NCBI GenBank assembly: GCA_041666185.1
Contig: JBAYHL010000005.1
Location: 1-58,498, forward strand
DNA: 58,498 bases
From: Patescibacteria group bacterium
GTDB taxonomy: Bacteria > Patescibacteriota > UBA1384 > UBA12157 > JAENIV01
Direction of reading: 5' to 3'
Position 1 is the first letter of the stretch; every line of letters begins with the position of its first letter. A model generated the notes under the pieces. It was not told the DNA's origin. It was given only the letters and a program-made list of their open reading frames with translations, and made no database searches. Below are positions 18,374-27,686 of this stretch, piece by piece. The translations under genes were made by a program, and so were the position numbers.

Positions 18374-21235
18374 ATGCCATTTAAGGAAATTAAACCAACC
18401 CAAAATTTAGTCGAAGCGGAACACGAAATTCTCAATTTTTGGCAAGAAAGAAAGATCTTTGAGAAATTAGTAGAAAAAAATAAAGGTAAAGAAAAATGGT
18501 CATTTTTAGATGGGCCGATTACTGCTAATAATCCGATGGGTGTTCATCACGCTTGGGGTAGAACTTATAAAGATCTTTTCCAGCGTTATAAAGCCATGCA
18601 AGGTTTTGATGAGAGGTATCAGAATGGTTTTGATTGCCAAGGTTTGTGGGTTGAGGTTGAAGTTGAAAAAGAATTAGGTTTTAAGACCAAAAAAGATATT
18701 GAAAGTTACGGCATTGAAAAATTCGTTAATCTTTGTAAAGAAAGAGTTCTAAAATATTCTAAAATTCAGACGGATCAATCAATCAGACTCGGACAATGGA
18801 TGGACTGGGAAAATTCTTACTATACAATGTCGGAGGAAAACAATTACTCGATTTGGCATTTTTTGAAAGTTTGTTTTGAAAAAGGCTATCTCTACAAAGG
18901 AAAAGACAGTGTTCCATGGTGTCCTCGTTGCGGAACAGCAATTTCTCAACATGAAATATTAACTGAGGAATACAAGCAAATTACTCATAAGGCAGTTTAT
19001 TTTAAATTGCCAATTATTTCCGGAAGTTTTGAAAACACTTATTTTTTGGTTTGGACAACCACGCCGTGGACAATTCCTGCCAACGTGGCAATTGCTATTA
19101 ATCCAGAATTCACCTATGGTCTTTATCAAAAAAATGACGAGAGTTTAATTCTTCTAAAAAGTTTGGCAGAAAAAATCTTAGAAGACGGATACGAATTAGA
19201 AAAAGAATATCAAGGTCAAGAACTTTTGGGATTAAAATACAAAGGACCTTTCGATGATTTAGAGAGAGTTAAAAAAGCATCAGAGTCGGAACAAAAACCA
19301 TTCCATGTGGTTATTGAAGCTAAGGATTTAGTGACTGCTGATGAAGGAACGGGGATTGTTCACATCGCTCCAGGGGCTGGCTCGGAAGATTTTAAATTAG
19401 GTAAAGTTAATAACCTACCAACCATCGATGTTATTAGTGGCGATGCCTCTTATTTAGAGGGTTTAGGTGATTTTTCTGGGGGTAACGCTAAAGAAAATCC
19501 AGAAATAATTCTAAATTATTTAAAAGATAGTGAGGGTGGAAAATATCTTTACAAGGTAGAGGATTATTCTCACCGTTACCCAACTTGTTGGCGTTGCAAG
19601 GAAGAATTGGTTTGGCGAGTAGTTGATGAATGGTATATTTCTATGGACAAGCTTCGCGAACCAATGATTGAAGTAACTAAAAAAATAAAATGGTTGCCAT
19701 CTTTTGGATTAGATAGAGAACTTGATTGGCTAAATAATATGCAAGATTGGCTGATTTCTAAAAAAAGATATTGGGGATTAGCTTTGCCAATCTATGAATG
19801 TTCTTGCGGCAATTTTGAAGTTATTGGCTCCTATGAAGAGCTAAAAGAAAAAGCGGTTGAGGGCTGGCAAGAATTCGAAGGAAAAACTCCTCATCGTCCA
19901 TGGATTGATGGTGTGAAAATTAAATGTTCAAAATGTGGAAAAACAATTTCCCGTATTCTAGATGTTGGCAATCCTTGGTTAGATGCTGGTATTGTTCCTT
20001 TTTCAACTTTGAAATACTTTGAAGACAAAAATTATTGGCAAAGTTGGTATCCGGCAGAATTTATTTGTGAATCATTTCCTGGTCAATTTAAAAATTGGTT
20101 TTATTCATTAATTGCCATGGCAACAGTTTTGGAAGATAGCACTCCCTTTAAAAATGTTTTAGGATACGCTTCAGTGAAAGATGAAAAGGGCGAAGAGATG
20201 CACAAATCAAAAGGTAACGCTATTTGGTTTGAGGATGCTGCCGAAAAAATGGGCGTTGACATTATGCGTTGGATGTTTGTCACTTCTAATCCTTACGAAA
20301 ATCTAAATTTTGGTTATGCTCAAGGAACGGAAATTTATCGTCGTTTTGTTCTAATATTTAGAAACGTTTGTCAATTTTTTGTTACTTATGCCAATATTGA
20401 TAACTGGCAACCTTCGGGATTAATTTCTAAAAATGTACTAGACAAATGGATAATGGCTAGATTAAATCAGGTCACTGCTGAAGTAACAAAGAATTTAGAT
20501 AAATATCATCCACAGCAAGCAGCAAGAATTATTGAAACATTTATTATTAATGATCTGTCAACTTGGTATTTAAGAAGAAGTCGTAATAGAAAAGGTCCAG
20601 AATTTTACGAAACTTTGCATAACGTTATTTTGCAAACTCTAAAACTTCTTTCTCCGTTTATGCCATTTTTGTCAGAAGATATTTATCAAAGTCTTAAAAA
20701 CTCTAACGATCCAGAATCAGTCCACCTTTGTGATTGGCCAAAAATAGAAGAGGTAGATGAGAAGTTACTAAACGATATGCAACAAGTTCGCGAGACTGCT
20801 GAAGTCGGTCATGCCATTAGATCTGAAAATGGAATTCGTCTTCGTCAACCATTAAATAAAATTGAAATTACAGCTAAATTAGGCAGTGACTTAAAAACAA
20901 TTTTGAAAGAAGAACTTAATGTTTTTGAGGTAGTAGAAGGAAAAGAAGTTAAGCTTGACACTGTTATCACGCAAGAACTGAAAGCTTATGGAACAATGCG
21001 AGATTTGGTTCGTTTAATTCAAGACTTACGCAAACGCGCAGGTCTTATTGCTGGTCAAAAAGCTAATCTTTTTTACAAAGCAGACGAAGAACTTGAAAAA
21101 ATAATCGCAAAATTTAATAATGAAATTACTCAAAGCACTAATACCCAATTGGAAAATATTCGTCAAGAGGAAGTAATATCGGCTGGTGAATTTGAACTTG
21201 CTGGTAAAAAAATTTGGTTAGGAATTAATAAATGA
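18374..21235 (+). CDS. ileS: Isoleucyl-tRNA synthetase (type 2)
   Basis: PITANNPMGVHHAWGRTYKD (HIGH-like), MHKSKGN (KMSKS-like), CWRC/CSCG zinc motifs, N-terminus alignable by eye to actinobacterial-type IleRS. ATG 18374 just after the rnhA stop. Confidence 0.85.
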   Translation: MPFKEIKPTQNLVEAEHEILNFWQERKIFEKLVEKNKGKEKWSFLDGPITANNPMGVHHAWGRTYKDLFQRYKAMQGFDERYQNGFDCQGLWVEVEVEKELGFKTKKDIESYGIEKFVNLCKERVLKYSKIQTDQSIRLGQWMDWENSYYTMSEENNYSIWHFLKVCFEKGYLYKGKDSVPWCPRCGTAISQHEILTEEYKQITHKAVYFKLPIISGSFENTYFLVWTTTPWTIPANVAIAINPEFTYGLYQKNDESLILLKSLAEKILEDGYELEKEYQGQELLGLKYKGPFDDLERVKKASESEQKPFHVVIEAKDLVTADEGTGIVHIAPGAGSEDFKLGKVNNLPTIDVISGDASYLEGLGDFSGGNAKENPEIILNYLKDSEGGKYLYKVEDYSHRYPTCWRCKEELVWRVVDEWYISMDKLREPMIEVTKKIKWLPSFGLDRELDWLNNMQDWLISKKRYWGLALPIYECSCGNFEVIGSYEELKEKAVEGWQEFEGKTPHRPWIDGVKIKCSKCGKTISRILDVGNPWLDAGIVPFSTLKYFEDKNYWQSWYPAEFICESFPGQFKNWFYSLIAMATVLEDSTPFKNVLGYASVKDEKGEEMHKSKGNAIWFEDAAEKMGVDIMRWMFVTSNPYENLNFGYAQGTEIYRRFVLIFRNVCQFFVTYANIDNWQPSGLISKNVLDKWIMARLNQVTAEVTKNLDKYHPQQAARIIETFIINDLSTWYLRRSRNRKGPEFYETLHNVILQTLKLLSPFMPFLSEDIYQSLKNSNDPESVHLCDWPKIEEVDEKLLNDMQQVRETAEVGHAIRSENGIRLRQPLNKIEITAKLGSDLKTILKEELNVFEVVEGKEVKLDTVITQELKAYGTMRDLVRLIQDLRKRAGLIAGQKANLFYKADEELEKIIAKFNNEITQSTNTQLENIRQEEVISAGEFELAGKKIWLGINK

Positions 21236-22326
21236 GTTCCAGAAAATTTCGTCTTCCGTGGGGGATTGATTGGGCGCTTTTTGCAGCGCCTCTTTTATTA
21301 TCGATATTTGGTATAGTTATTATTTTCTCAGTCACTTATTCCACTAGACCATTTTTTTTCTTTTATCAAATAGCTTATGCTGCTTTGGGTTTTATTGGCG
21401 CAATTCTTTTGACATTTTTTGATTATAGAAATTTACGAAATTTCTCTCTGTTTTTATATTTAATTTTAATAATTTTATTAGTATTAGTTTTACTTTTTGG
21501 CGACAAAACTTTTGGGGCTGCTCGTTGGATTGATCTTAAAATTTTTCAACTTCAACCGTCAGAAATTGGTAAGTTAATTATTGTTCTTATTTTGGCAAGA
21601 ATTTTTGCTGAAAATCATCAAGATTTTAAATTAAGACATATTCTTTTAGCTTTTGGGGTTGTTATTTTACCAGTTGTTCTTGTTTTACAACAACCAGATT
21701 TTGGTACGGCGATGGTAATTTTTTGTGGTCTTATTTCCTTGTTATTTTTCTCCAATATTAAAAAAGCTATTTTGGCTGTTATTTTGGTTGGATTAATTTT
21801 GGCGATGCCGGTTGGTTGGCATTTTTTGAAACCTTATCAAAAACAAAGAATTTATACTTTCATTAATCCGGCGGCAGATCCTTATGGGTCTGGTTATAAT
21901 GTAACTCAAGCAAAAATTACTGTTGGCTCGGGTGGACTTTTGGGGCAGGGGATTGGCAAGGGCACACAAATTCAATTAAATTTTTTGCCAGTTGCTCATT
22001 CGGACTTTATTTTTGCCACTACCTCTGAAGCCGTTGGTTTTATTGGCTCAAGCTTTTTAATGATTTTGTTATTTTTTCTGGTCTATCGAGTTTTATATGT
22101 TGCCAAAATTTCCAAAGATTTATTCGGTTTTTATTTTGCTGCTAGTTGGGGAATGGTTTTAGCTTTTCAGATTTTTGTTAATATTGGCATGAATTTAGGA
22201 ATTATGCCTGTTACAGGCATTCCGTTGCCGTTTGTTTCTTATGGTGGTTCCTCAATGCTTACAAATATGGCCGCAATCGGTATTTTGCAAAGTATCTATA
22301 TAAGACATAGAAAGATAACCTTTTAA
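21232..22326 (+). CDS. SEDS-family peptidoglycan glycosyltransferase (FtsW/RodA/SpoVE)
   Basis: About 10 TM segments, QPSE.GK, PDFGTA, LPFVSYGGSS motifs. Confidence 0.88.
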   Translation: MSSRKFRLPWGIDWALFAAPLLLSIFGIVIIFSVTYSTRPFFFFYQIAYAALGFIGAILLTFFDYRNLRNFSLFLYLILIILLVLVLLFGDKTFGAARWIDLKIFQLQPSEIGKLIIVLILARIFAENHQDFKLRHILLAFGVVILPVVLVLQQPDFGTAMVIFCGLISLLFFSNIKKAILAVILVGLILAMPVGWHFLKPYQKQRIYTFINPAADPYGSGYNVTQAKITVGSGGLLGQGIGKGTQIQLNFLPVAHSDFIFATTSEAVGFIGSSFLMILLFFLVYRVLYVAKISKDLFGFYFAASWGMVLAFQIFVNIGMNLGIMPVTGIPLPFVSYGGSSMLTNMAAIGILQSIYIRHRKITF

Positions 22327-22330
22327 GGCA

Positions 22331-22359
22331 TTGACACGGTTACGTCTTTAAGTTATAAT
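22331..22359 (+). promoter_or_regulatory. Perfect consensus sigma70 promoter TTGACA-17-TATAAT
   Basis: -35 at 22331-22336, 17-nt spacer, -10 at 22354-22359; 45 nt upstream of rplU. Confidence 0.75.
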
Positions 22360-22403
22360 AAAAGTGTAATTAGACGGGGGATTTTTTAAAATTAAGGGTA
22401 ATA

Positions 22404-22691
22404 ATGGAAGCAACAGAAAATTTTGCAATAATTAAAACCGGTGGCAAGCAATATAAAGTCAAAGTTGGCGATGTTTTAAAGGTAGAGAAATTGACTTTAG
22501 ACGAATCTTCAAAAGAAAACGAATTAAAATTCGATGATATTTTGGGAGGCAAAGTTGTGACTGCTACTCGTGTTTTAGATGGCAGATTACCTAAAGTAAG
22601 AATTTTAAAATTTCGACCTAAAAAAAGATATAAAAAAGTTACAGGTCATAGACAAAGTTTTAGTCAAATAAAAATCGAAAAGATTGCTTAA
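22404..22691 (+). CDS. rplU: 50S ribosomal protein L21
   Basis: FAIIKTGGKQYKVKVGDVLKVEKL. Confidence 0.9.
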   Translation: MEATENFAIIKTGGKQYKVKVGDVLKVEKLTLDESSKENELKFDDILGGKVVTATRVLDGRLPKVRILKFRPKKRYKKVTGHRQSFSQIKIEKIA

Positions 22692-22880
22692 ATGATAGGT
22701 AAAATTACCAATTATTTTGTTAGCGCTTACGAAGAATTAAAAAAAGTTGTTTGGCCAAGTCGAAAAGAAGTTACTAGCCACACAATTATTGTTGTTTTGT
22801 CTATTTTAATTTCTATGGGGATTATTGCTATTTTAGACTTTGGTTTATTTAGTCTTTTAGAAATGTTAATTTATCGTTAA
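22692..22880 (+). CDS. secE: Preprotein translocase subunit SecE
   Basis: 62 aa; ELKKVVWPSRKEV, then a single TM; upstream of nusG. Confidence 0.85.
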   Translation: MIGKITNYFVSAYEELKKVVWPSRKEVTSHTIIVVLSILISMGIIAILDFGLFSLLEMLIYR

Positions 22881-22892
22881 TAAGAAGGAAAA

Positions 22893-23498
22893 ATGATCGA
22901 AAATACTAAAGAAGAAAAAGAAATCCAAGAAGAAGAACGCGAACACGAAATGCTTAAAACGCAAAAGCAGACAGGTGAACGTGGTTGGTATGTAATTCAT
23001 ACCTATTCTGGATATGAAGAGCAAGTAGCTGAAAACCTTAAACAAAGGGTTGAGTCTTTGAGTATGGAAGATAAAATTTTCCAAGTTCTAGTTCCTAAAG
23101 AAAAACAAATTGAAATTAAAAATGGTCATAGAAAAACAATTGAAAAAAGAATTTTTCCTGGCTATGTTTTAGTGGAAATGATTGTTACTGACGATTCTTG
23201 GTATATTGTTCGAAATACTCCTAACGTAACTGGTTTTATTGGTATGAAAGTTAGACCAACGCCAATGTCTAAAGAAGAAATTGAACGAATTCAAAAAAGA
23301 ATGGGTGTTGAAGAACCAAAATATAAAATAGAATTTAAAGCAGGTGATTTGGTCAGAATTAATGACGGTCCTTTAAAAGGTTTTGAAGGAAAAGTAACTG
23401 ACATTGACGATGATAAGGGTAAGATTAAAGTCTTGGTTTCAATGTTCGGTCGCGAAACACCTGTTAGTTTAGATTTCTTACAAGTTAAGAAAGTATAA
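22893..23498 (+). CDS. nusG: Transcription termination/antitermination factor NusG
   Basis: WYVIHTYSGYEEQV NGN domain, KOW motif GDLVRINDGPLKGFEGKV. Confidence 0.92.
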   Translation: MIENTKEEKEIQEEEREHEMLKTQKQTGERGWYVIHTYSGYEEQVAENLKQRVESLSMEDKIFQVLVPKEKQIEIKNGHRKTIEKRIFPGYVLVEMIVTDDSWYIVRNTPNVTGFIGMKVRPTPMSKEEIERIQKRMGVEEPKYKIEFKAGDLVRINDGPLKGFEGKVTDIDDDKGKIKVLVSMFGRETPVSLDFLQVKKV

Positions 23499-23510
23499 AA
23501 AGTTTAATGG

Positions 23511-23551
23511 ATAGCCCGCTAAACGCGGGTCCGCGGTAGCGGAAAAGGAAC
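23511..23551 (+). promoter_or_regulatory. 41-nt leader motif, copy A (upstream of rplK)
   Basis: ATAGCCCGCTAAACGCGGGTCCGCGGTAGCGGAAAAGGAAC; 38/41 identical to 41558-41598; small hairpins CCCGC/GCGGG and CCGC/GCGG, or alternative CCGCTA/TAGCGG. Confidence 0.5.
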
Positions 23552-23554
23552 GAA

Positions 23555-23980
23555 GTGGCAAAAAAAGTTAAAACAATTATTAAATTACAAGCCCCCGCTG
23601 GCAAAGCTACGCCAGCACCACCAATTGGTCCGGCTTTGGGTCAACATGGGCTTAATATTATGGATTTTGTGAACCAATTTAATGCTCAAACCCAAAAGAT
23701 GGGGGACACAATTGTTCCGGTAGAAATTAAGGTTTACGAAGATAGAACCTTCGATTTTATTCTTAAATCCCCACCAGCGGCAGTTTTGCTTAAAAAAGCT
23801 GCAGGAATCGAAAAAGGTTCCGGTGTGCCAAACAGAGAAAAAGTTGGTAAGGTAACAGAAGCCCAAGTCGAAGAAATTGCTAAAATTAAACTTCAAGATT
23901 TAAATTGTGATAGCCTAGAGTCAGCCAAAAAAGTTATTGCTGGCACAGCAGTAAGTATGGGTATTACTGTCAATAAGTAA
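23555..23980 (+). CDS. rplK: 50S ribosomal protein L11
   Basis: GTG start; [29 protein letters not shown]. Confidence 0.92.
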   Translation: MAKKVKTIIKLQAPAGKATPAPPIGPALGQHGLNIMDFVNQFNAQTQKMGDTIVPVEIKVYEDRTFDFILKSPPAAVLLKKAAGIEKGSGVPNREKVGKVTEAQVEEIAKIKLQDLNCDSLESAKKVIAGTAVSMGITVNK

Positions 23981-24004
23981 AGTCTTTTAAACTTAAATAG
24001 ATAC

Positions 24005-24038
24005 TAAAAAACCTCGGTGCAAAACACCGAGGTTTTTG
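24005..24038. terminator. Bidirectional intrinsic terminator
   Basis: AAAAAA-ACCTCGGTG-CAAAA-CACCGAGGT-TTTTT between convergent rplK and 24045-24488. Confidence 0.85.
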
Positions 24039-24044
24039 GTTTGT

Positions 24045-24488
24045 TCACTTGTTTGTGAACAGATCCATCATAAATGGTTTGAAGATCCCCCTGGATCTAA
24101 TAGTTTGACTTACTAGCTTGTCGCCATTTTGTTTTGGCGAAAACCAACAAGTCAAATTGACCGTTCCTCCTGACTCGAGGTGTACGACAATCTTGTCGTA
24201 ACCTAAATGTTCTCCTTTCTCGCGTTTGTCCAGGGACAAGTCGTGCTTACATACGGACAGAAAAAGTGAAATTTTGGATTTCTCCGTAATCTTCACTTCT
24301 TTGTTCTTATTCCACGTCCAAAATGCTCCAACATCCTTTACTTGGTCTGGTGTGCAAGACTGGATTTTATCCAGCGAGTTTTTTGCAAAGCCGTACTCAA
24401 CTGTGTGTATTAGGCTTGTCTTGAAAATCACAACAACCACAGCAAGAGCAAGTAACACAAGGATTACAGTTGATCTCATTACTTTCAC
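24045..24488 (-). CDS. Hypothetical membrane-anchored protein (coupled to the upstream 872-aa gene)
   Basis: N-terminal TM (TVILVLLALAVVVVIF); start lies 4 nt after the stop of 24492-27110. Confidence 0.6.
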   Translation of the reverse strand: MKVMRSTVILVLLALAVVVVIFKTSLIHTVEYGFAKNSLDKIQSCTPDQVKDVGAFWTWNKNKEVKITEKSKISLFLSVCKHDLSLDKREKGEHLGYDKIVVHLESGGTVNLTCWFSPKQNGDKLVSQTIRSRGIFKPFMMDLFTNK

Positions 24489-24491
24489 CTC

Positions 24492-27110
24492 CTAATTTAC
24501 AAGCCAGGTCACTAACGCGGAATAATCCGTGTTGACGTACCTGTAGAGAAACATCCAGTTTCTCACGCGAAGATCCCATGTCGCATCAGAATCAGCCTTG
24601 CTTATGGCCTGAGCAACTGACCATGTATGAGTTTTGTCACCTAAGTAATACCAGCAATCTTTTGACCAACCCTCACCATTAGGGGCTAGTCCACCGATTA
24701 TCGGAAGACCAAATGGTCCACCAAGTGGTTTATACTCACCTCGCCAGCCAATGTAAGTTGAGCCCTGCTCATCATTTCGACAACCCAGGGCTACAGCGAA
24801 GGATTGATCCTCTTCTTGCTCGCAACCTCCGCTGAAACATACATTTAATTGCGAAAAGTAGAAGCTATTTTCTGGCAAGTAGGCATCAGTAAACGCTGGC
24901 CATATGTGTCGTTGTGCTGGGGCAACCCACATATTACTCCCCATAACTCCGACACCATCAGCAAACATTATTGTTGTACGGTAATGTCCGTCGGTGCACA
25001 GATCACTTCCTCCGTGGGTGGTCAGATAAAGATAGCGATAATACCTAGTTGCTATTAGATCCTTAAAACCCATAGGTTGGGTATAATCACCATCTCTTGT
25101 CCATGTGGGGTCGAAAACATAGTCAACCCTGATTCCCTTGTTTTCACATGCCCGGCCAAAAGCGTCCATTTCACGAGCGGCTGATTTTCGTAAAAGCCAG
25201 CCATCTCCTTCAAGTACACCGGCCACTAAGGCACGGTTACCACCGAATGAACGTGTGACAGAAAAGAAGTCGCCAATTTCTTCCGAGGATTCACTGTTTG
25301 CCGCAATGGATCCATCGTTTATCTCGAAAGCAACTTGGAACACTCCAGTTTTTGGTTGTCCGTCTATTTTTCCGTCCCACGAGCAACTCATAAGTCCAGG
25401 CCCATTACCGGAAGTGCTGTAAACTGTATTGTCATCAGCATCGAGTATTTTTATGGTCCATGGCAGACTTTCTGTCATTTGCGCGCCAACTTGACAGACA
25501 CTTTTGTCTGGCTGATCGATAACAATGGTTTTGTTACTGATTGTAAGTGCAGAAACACGATTTTGAACATTAACCGGCACAACATTACTTCTCATTATTG
25601 CACCAGATCGCATTTCTGCCTCAACAACTATATTGTGATCACCATTTGTAACTCTAATAGTGTTGAAATTGGCATGCTTTTTTTCTCCCCATTGATCAGT
25701 GTGTGTGGCGTAGCATGGGGAAAATGGTTGTCCGTCAACCAGTAATCTCATCTTCTTAAGGTTTACTTGTCCTTGGTCAAGTGGGTCATCAAACCAAATG
25801 TCTAATTCCACAACACCACTTATAGTTGTGTGGTAGCGGGGTGATAGTAGTCTGATACTGGGATCATTAGGGTTAGATATTTGTACCCACGCACCACCGG
25901 TAGCGTCAGGACTTTCCGCCCAAAGAGTTGCCACTCCTTTGTTTTGGCCAGCAACTAATGTTGCGGTTGCTTCACCATTTTCGTCAGTAACTGTTTGAGC
26001 ATTTGTTATTGTGCTAAAATCAGTTCTCCAAGTAATTGGCATGTTTGGCATTGATTTAGCTTCAGCGTCTCGGCACCAAGCAGTAATAGTTTTACTGTCA
26101 CTAAGGTTGACCTGACCATTACTTGGACTTAGCTGCATATAACGGTAAGTCCAGTATGGCTCAAAGTTTATATCGGTATAGTTTTGGTCAAGGTATCCTG
26201 CCATTACTTGAGTTGTGTAACCAGGTACGATACAGCTGGTAACATTTTCTCCACCAGGAATAGTGACTGAAAAACTTCCAACACCATTCATATCCAGATT
26301 GCACTGCGTTTGCTCACCAGTATCAGCAATAATTTTTGCTTTTCTGCCAGCGGCTTCTGGTGCGGTAACGGTTCCGCTAACAACGTATTTTTCTGGTCCA
26401 CGTGGTCCTTTGTCATCATAAAGATCATTGGTCCGGAAAAGCACGGGGATAATTGTTCCGTCTGGTAGTTTTTCTTGTGACAAAACTCCCGTAATTACAA
26501 CTTGCTCTCCTAGCAGGTGAATTGGATCATCGGTCCAGGCATGCAGTAAAACTTTTAAACCTTTAACGTCAGGTTGATCAGTTGTAAGGTGTGAACCATC
26601 ATCAATATAATAATAATCGAATTCATTGTCCGGGGCATCGGTGATTTCTTTTACAACCTTACCCCAAACTCTAATTCGAGCACCTTTTGGTGTTAACCCA
26701 GCTGTTAGGGCTTTTTGGCTGACACCAAACGGTTTTGGTAGCGCGTAACCTGATTCACCAGCGATATGGGGACCGTAATAACTATCGATAATAGGTTGTA
26801 TTGCACGCTCTCCGTTTTCTAGTGTTACCATATAGCCTTCGACATAAACCATAAAAGTATCGCCGGCAAGAAAATAGCTTAACACTCTCACGCCAGACGT
26901 TCTGTTAGGGTTAGCAACGTAGAAAGTGTCATAGGCTATGTAGTCGGGCAAATAACTCCACTCTTCTCTTGTCCCGAACTCGCCAGTCACTATCCACTGA
27001 TTAATCTCAACGGCTCCGCCGTCAACTACTTTATCGTATTGGTATTGAGCCAATACATTCGATGAAGCGAGAATTATGCCTAACAATAAAAATAATAACG
27101 TCTTCTTCAT
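24492..27110 (-). CDS. Large secreted multidomain protein; C-terminal domain with clan-CD (gingipain/caspase/CHAT-like) His-Gly and Cys signature
   Basis: SD AAGGAGG; signal peptide MKKTLLFLLLGIILASSNVLA/Q; carboxypeptidase-regulatory-like SGTVTAPE...; Ig-like block ITAWCRDAEAKS...TVTDENGEATATLVAGQNKGVATLWAES; YRYLYLTTHGG and FYFSQLNVCFSGGC...SFAVALG. Confidence 0.75.
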   Translation of the reverse strand: MKKTLLFLLLGIILASSNVLAQYQYDKVVDGGAVEINQWIVTGEFGTREEWSYLPDYIAYDTFYVANPNRTSGVRVLSYFLAGDTFMVYVEGYMVTLENGERAIQPIIDSYYGPHIAGESGYALPKPFGVSQKALTAGLTPKGARIRVWGKVVKEITDAPDNEFDYYYIDDGSHLTTDQPDVKGLKVLLHAWTDDPIHLLGEQVVITGVLSQEKLPDGTIIPVLFRTNDLYDDKGPRGPEKYVVSGTVTAPEAAGRKAKIIADTGEQTQCNLDMNGVGSFSVTIPGGENVTSCIVPGYTTQVMAGYLDQNYTDINFEPYWTYRYMQLSPSNGQVNLSDSKTITAWCRDAEAKSMPNMPITWRTDFSTITNAQTVTDENGEATATLVAGQNKGVATLWAESPDATGGAWVQISNPNDPSIRLLSPRYHTTISGVVELDIWFDDPLDQGQVNLKKMRLLVDGQPFSPCYATHTDQWGEKKHANFNTIRVTNGDHNIVVEAEMRSGAIMRSNVVPVNVQNRVSALTISNKTIVIDQPDKSVCQVGAQMTESLPWTIKILDADDNTVYSTSGNGPGLMSCSWDGKIDGQPKTGVFQVAFEINDGSIAANSESSEEIGDFFSVTRSFGGNRALVAGVLEGDGWLLRKSAAREMDAFGRACENKGIRVDYVFDPTWTRDGDYTQPMGFKDLIATRYYRYLYLTTHGGSDLCTDGHYRTTIMFADGVGVMGSNMWVAPAQRHIWPAFTDAYLPENSFYFSQLNVCFSGGCEQEEDQSFAVALGCRNDEQGSTYIGWRGEYKPLGGPFGLPIIGGLAPNGEGWSKDCWYYLGDKTHTWSVAQAISKADSDATWDLRVRNWMFLYRYVNTDYSALVTWLVN

Positions 27111-27265
27111 TTCCGTAGCCTCCTTCTGATTCAGATTATCTTTCGTTTACTTCGTTTTCCTTGCATTACAAAATTTTCATGCGTAACCTCCTTTTAAATT
27201 GTCAAAGTTCGTTTGGCCACAAGGACCAAATAGCAACTGCCATTAGCAGTTATGTAAACAAAACC

Positions 27266-27388
27266 TACAAAAAAACCGAAGGAAACTTCGGTTGGCTCGA
27301 GCTACCATGATTCTTAATTGCTTAAGAACTTTAGGCCTAGAGTTTTGCGCCACCACTTTTCAGTGATTTTGCCTTTTCGGTTTTGTAT
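27266..27388 (-). ncRNA. Candidate small RNA 2 (~120 nt)
   Basis: Minus-strand TTGACA (comp. 27418-27423) with TATAAA/TAAATT (comp. 27395-27402); ends at 8-bp stem AACCGAAG/CTTCGGTT with a 4-nt loop (TTTC as transcribed on the minus strand; GAAA on the plus strand) plus T7 (27266-27293); no SD-led ORF. Confidence 0.4.
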
Positions 27389-27454
27389 GTTACAAATTTA
27401 TACTATTTTAGAGTATTTGTCAAGAGTTTTTAACATTAAATATAAATTTTATAT

Positions 27455-27680
27455 AGAAAAAGGACCCAAACTTACGTCCAGGTCCTTCTTCTTTTTTCCT
27501 CTCCTTCACAGTCCCAACCGAATCCGCAAAAAGCGGAAACATCTCTCCAGCCTAATATAAATTTTAATGTACGAGGCTGGGGTTGGACGTAATAGGAAAG
27601 AAGTTGGCTAAAGTCGAGTTCATGTTTAACCAACTTTTCACCTGTTACGCCTGTAAAGATATCAATTTTTAAACCATTGT
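27455..27680 (-). ncRNA. Candidate small RNA 1 (~225 nt)
   Basis: Starts at the consensus promoter at 27687-27715; internal hairpins AAGTTGG/CCAACTT, CCAGCCT/AGGCTGG, TCCGC/GCGGA; ends at AAGGACC/GGTCCTT hairpin plus T5 (27455-27487); only poorly initiated short ORFs. Confidence 0.45.
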
Positions 27681-27686
27681 TTACTT

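Noticed and set aside
27166-27180. SD-led mini-ORF MKIL-stop on the minus strand upstream of the 872-aa gene
   Set aside because: It is only four codons. The strong AAGGAGG could be coincidental, and nothing beyond the sequence itself supports it. It is recorded here rather than reported as a feature.
27318-27560. 80-aa plus-strand ORF in the 730-bp gap
   Set aside because: It has a TTG start without an SD and runs through two terminator hairpins and promoter elements. Its composition is non-protein-like. The region is better explained by minus-strand sRNA candidates.
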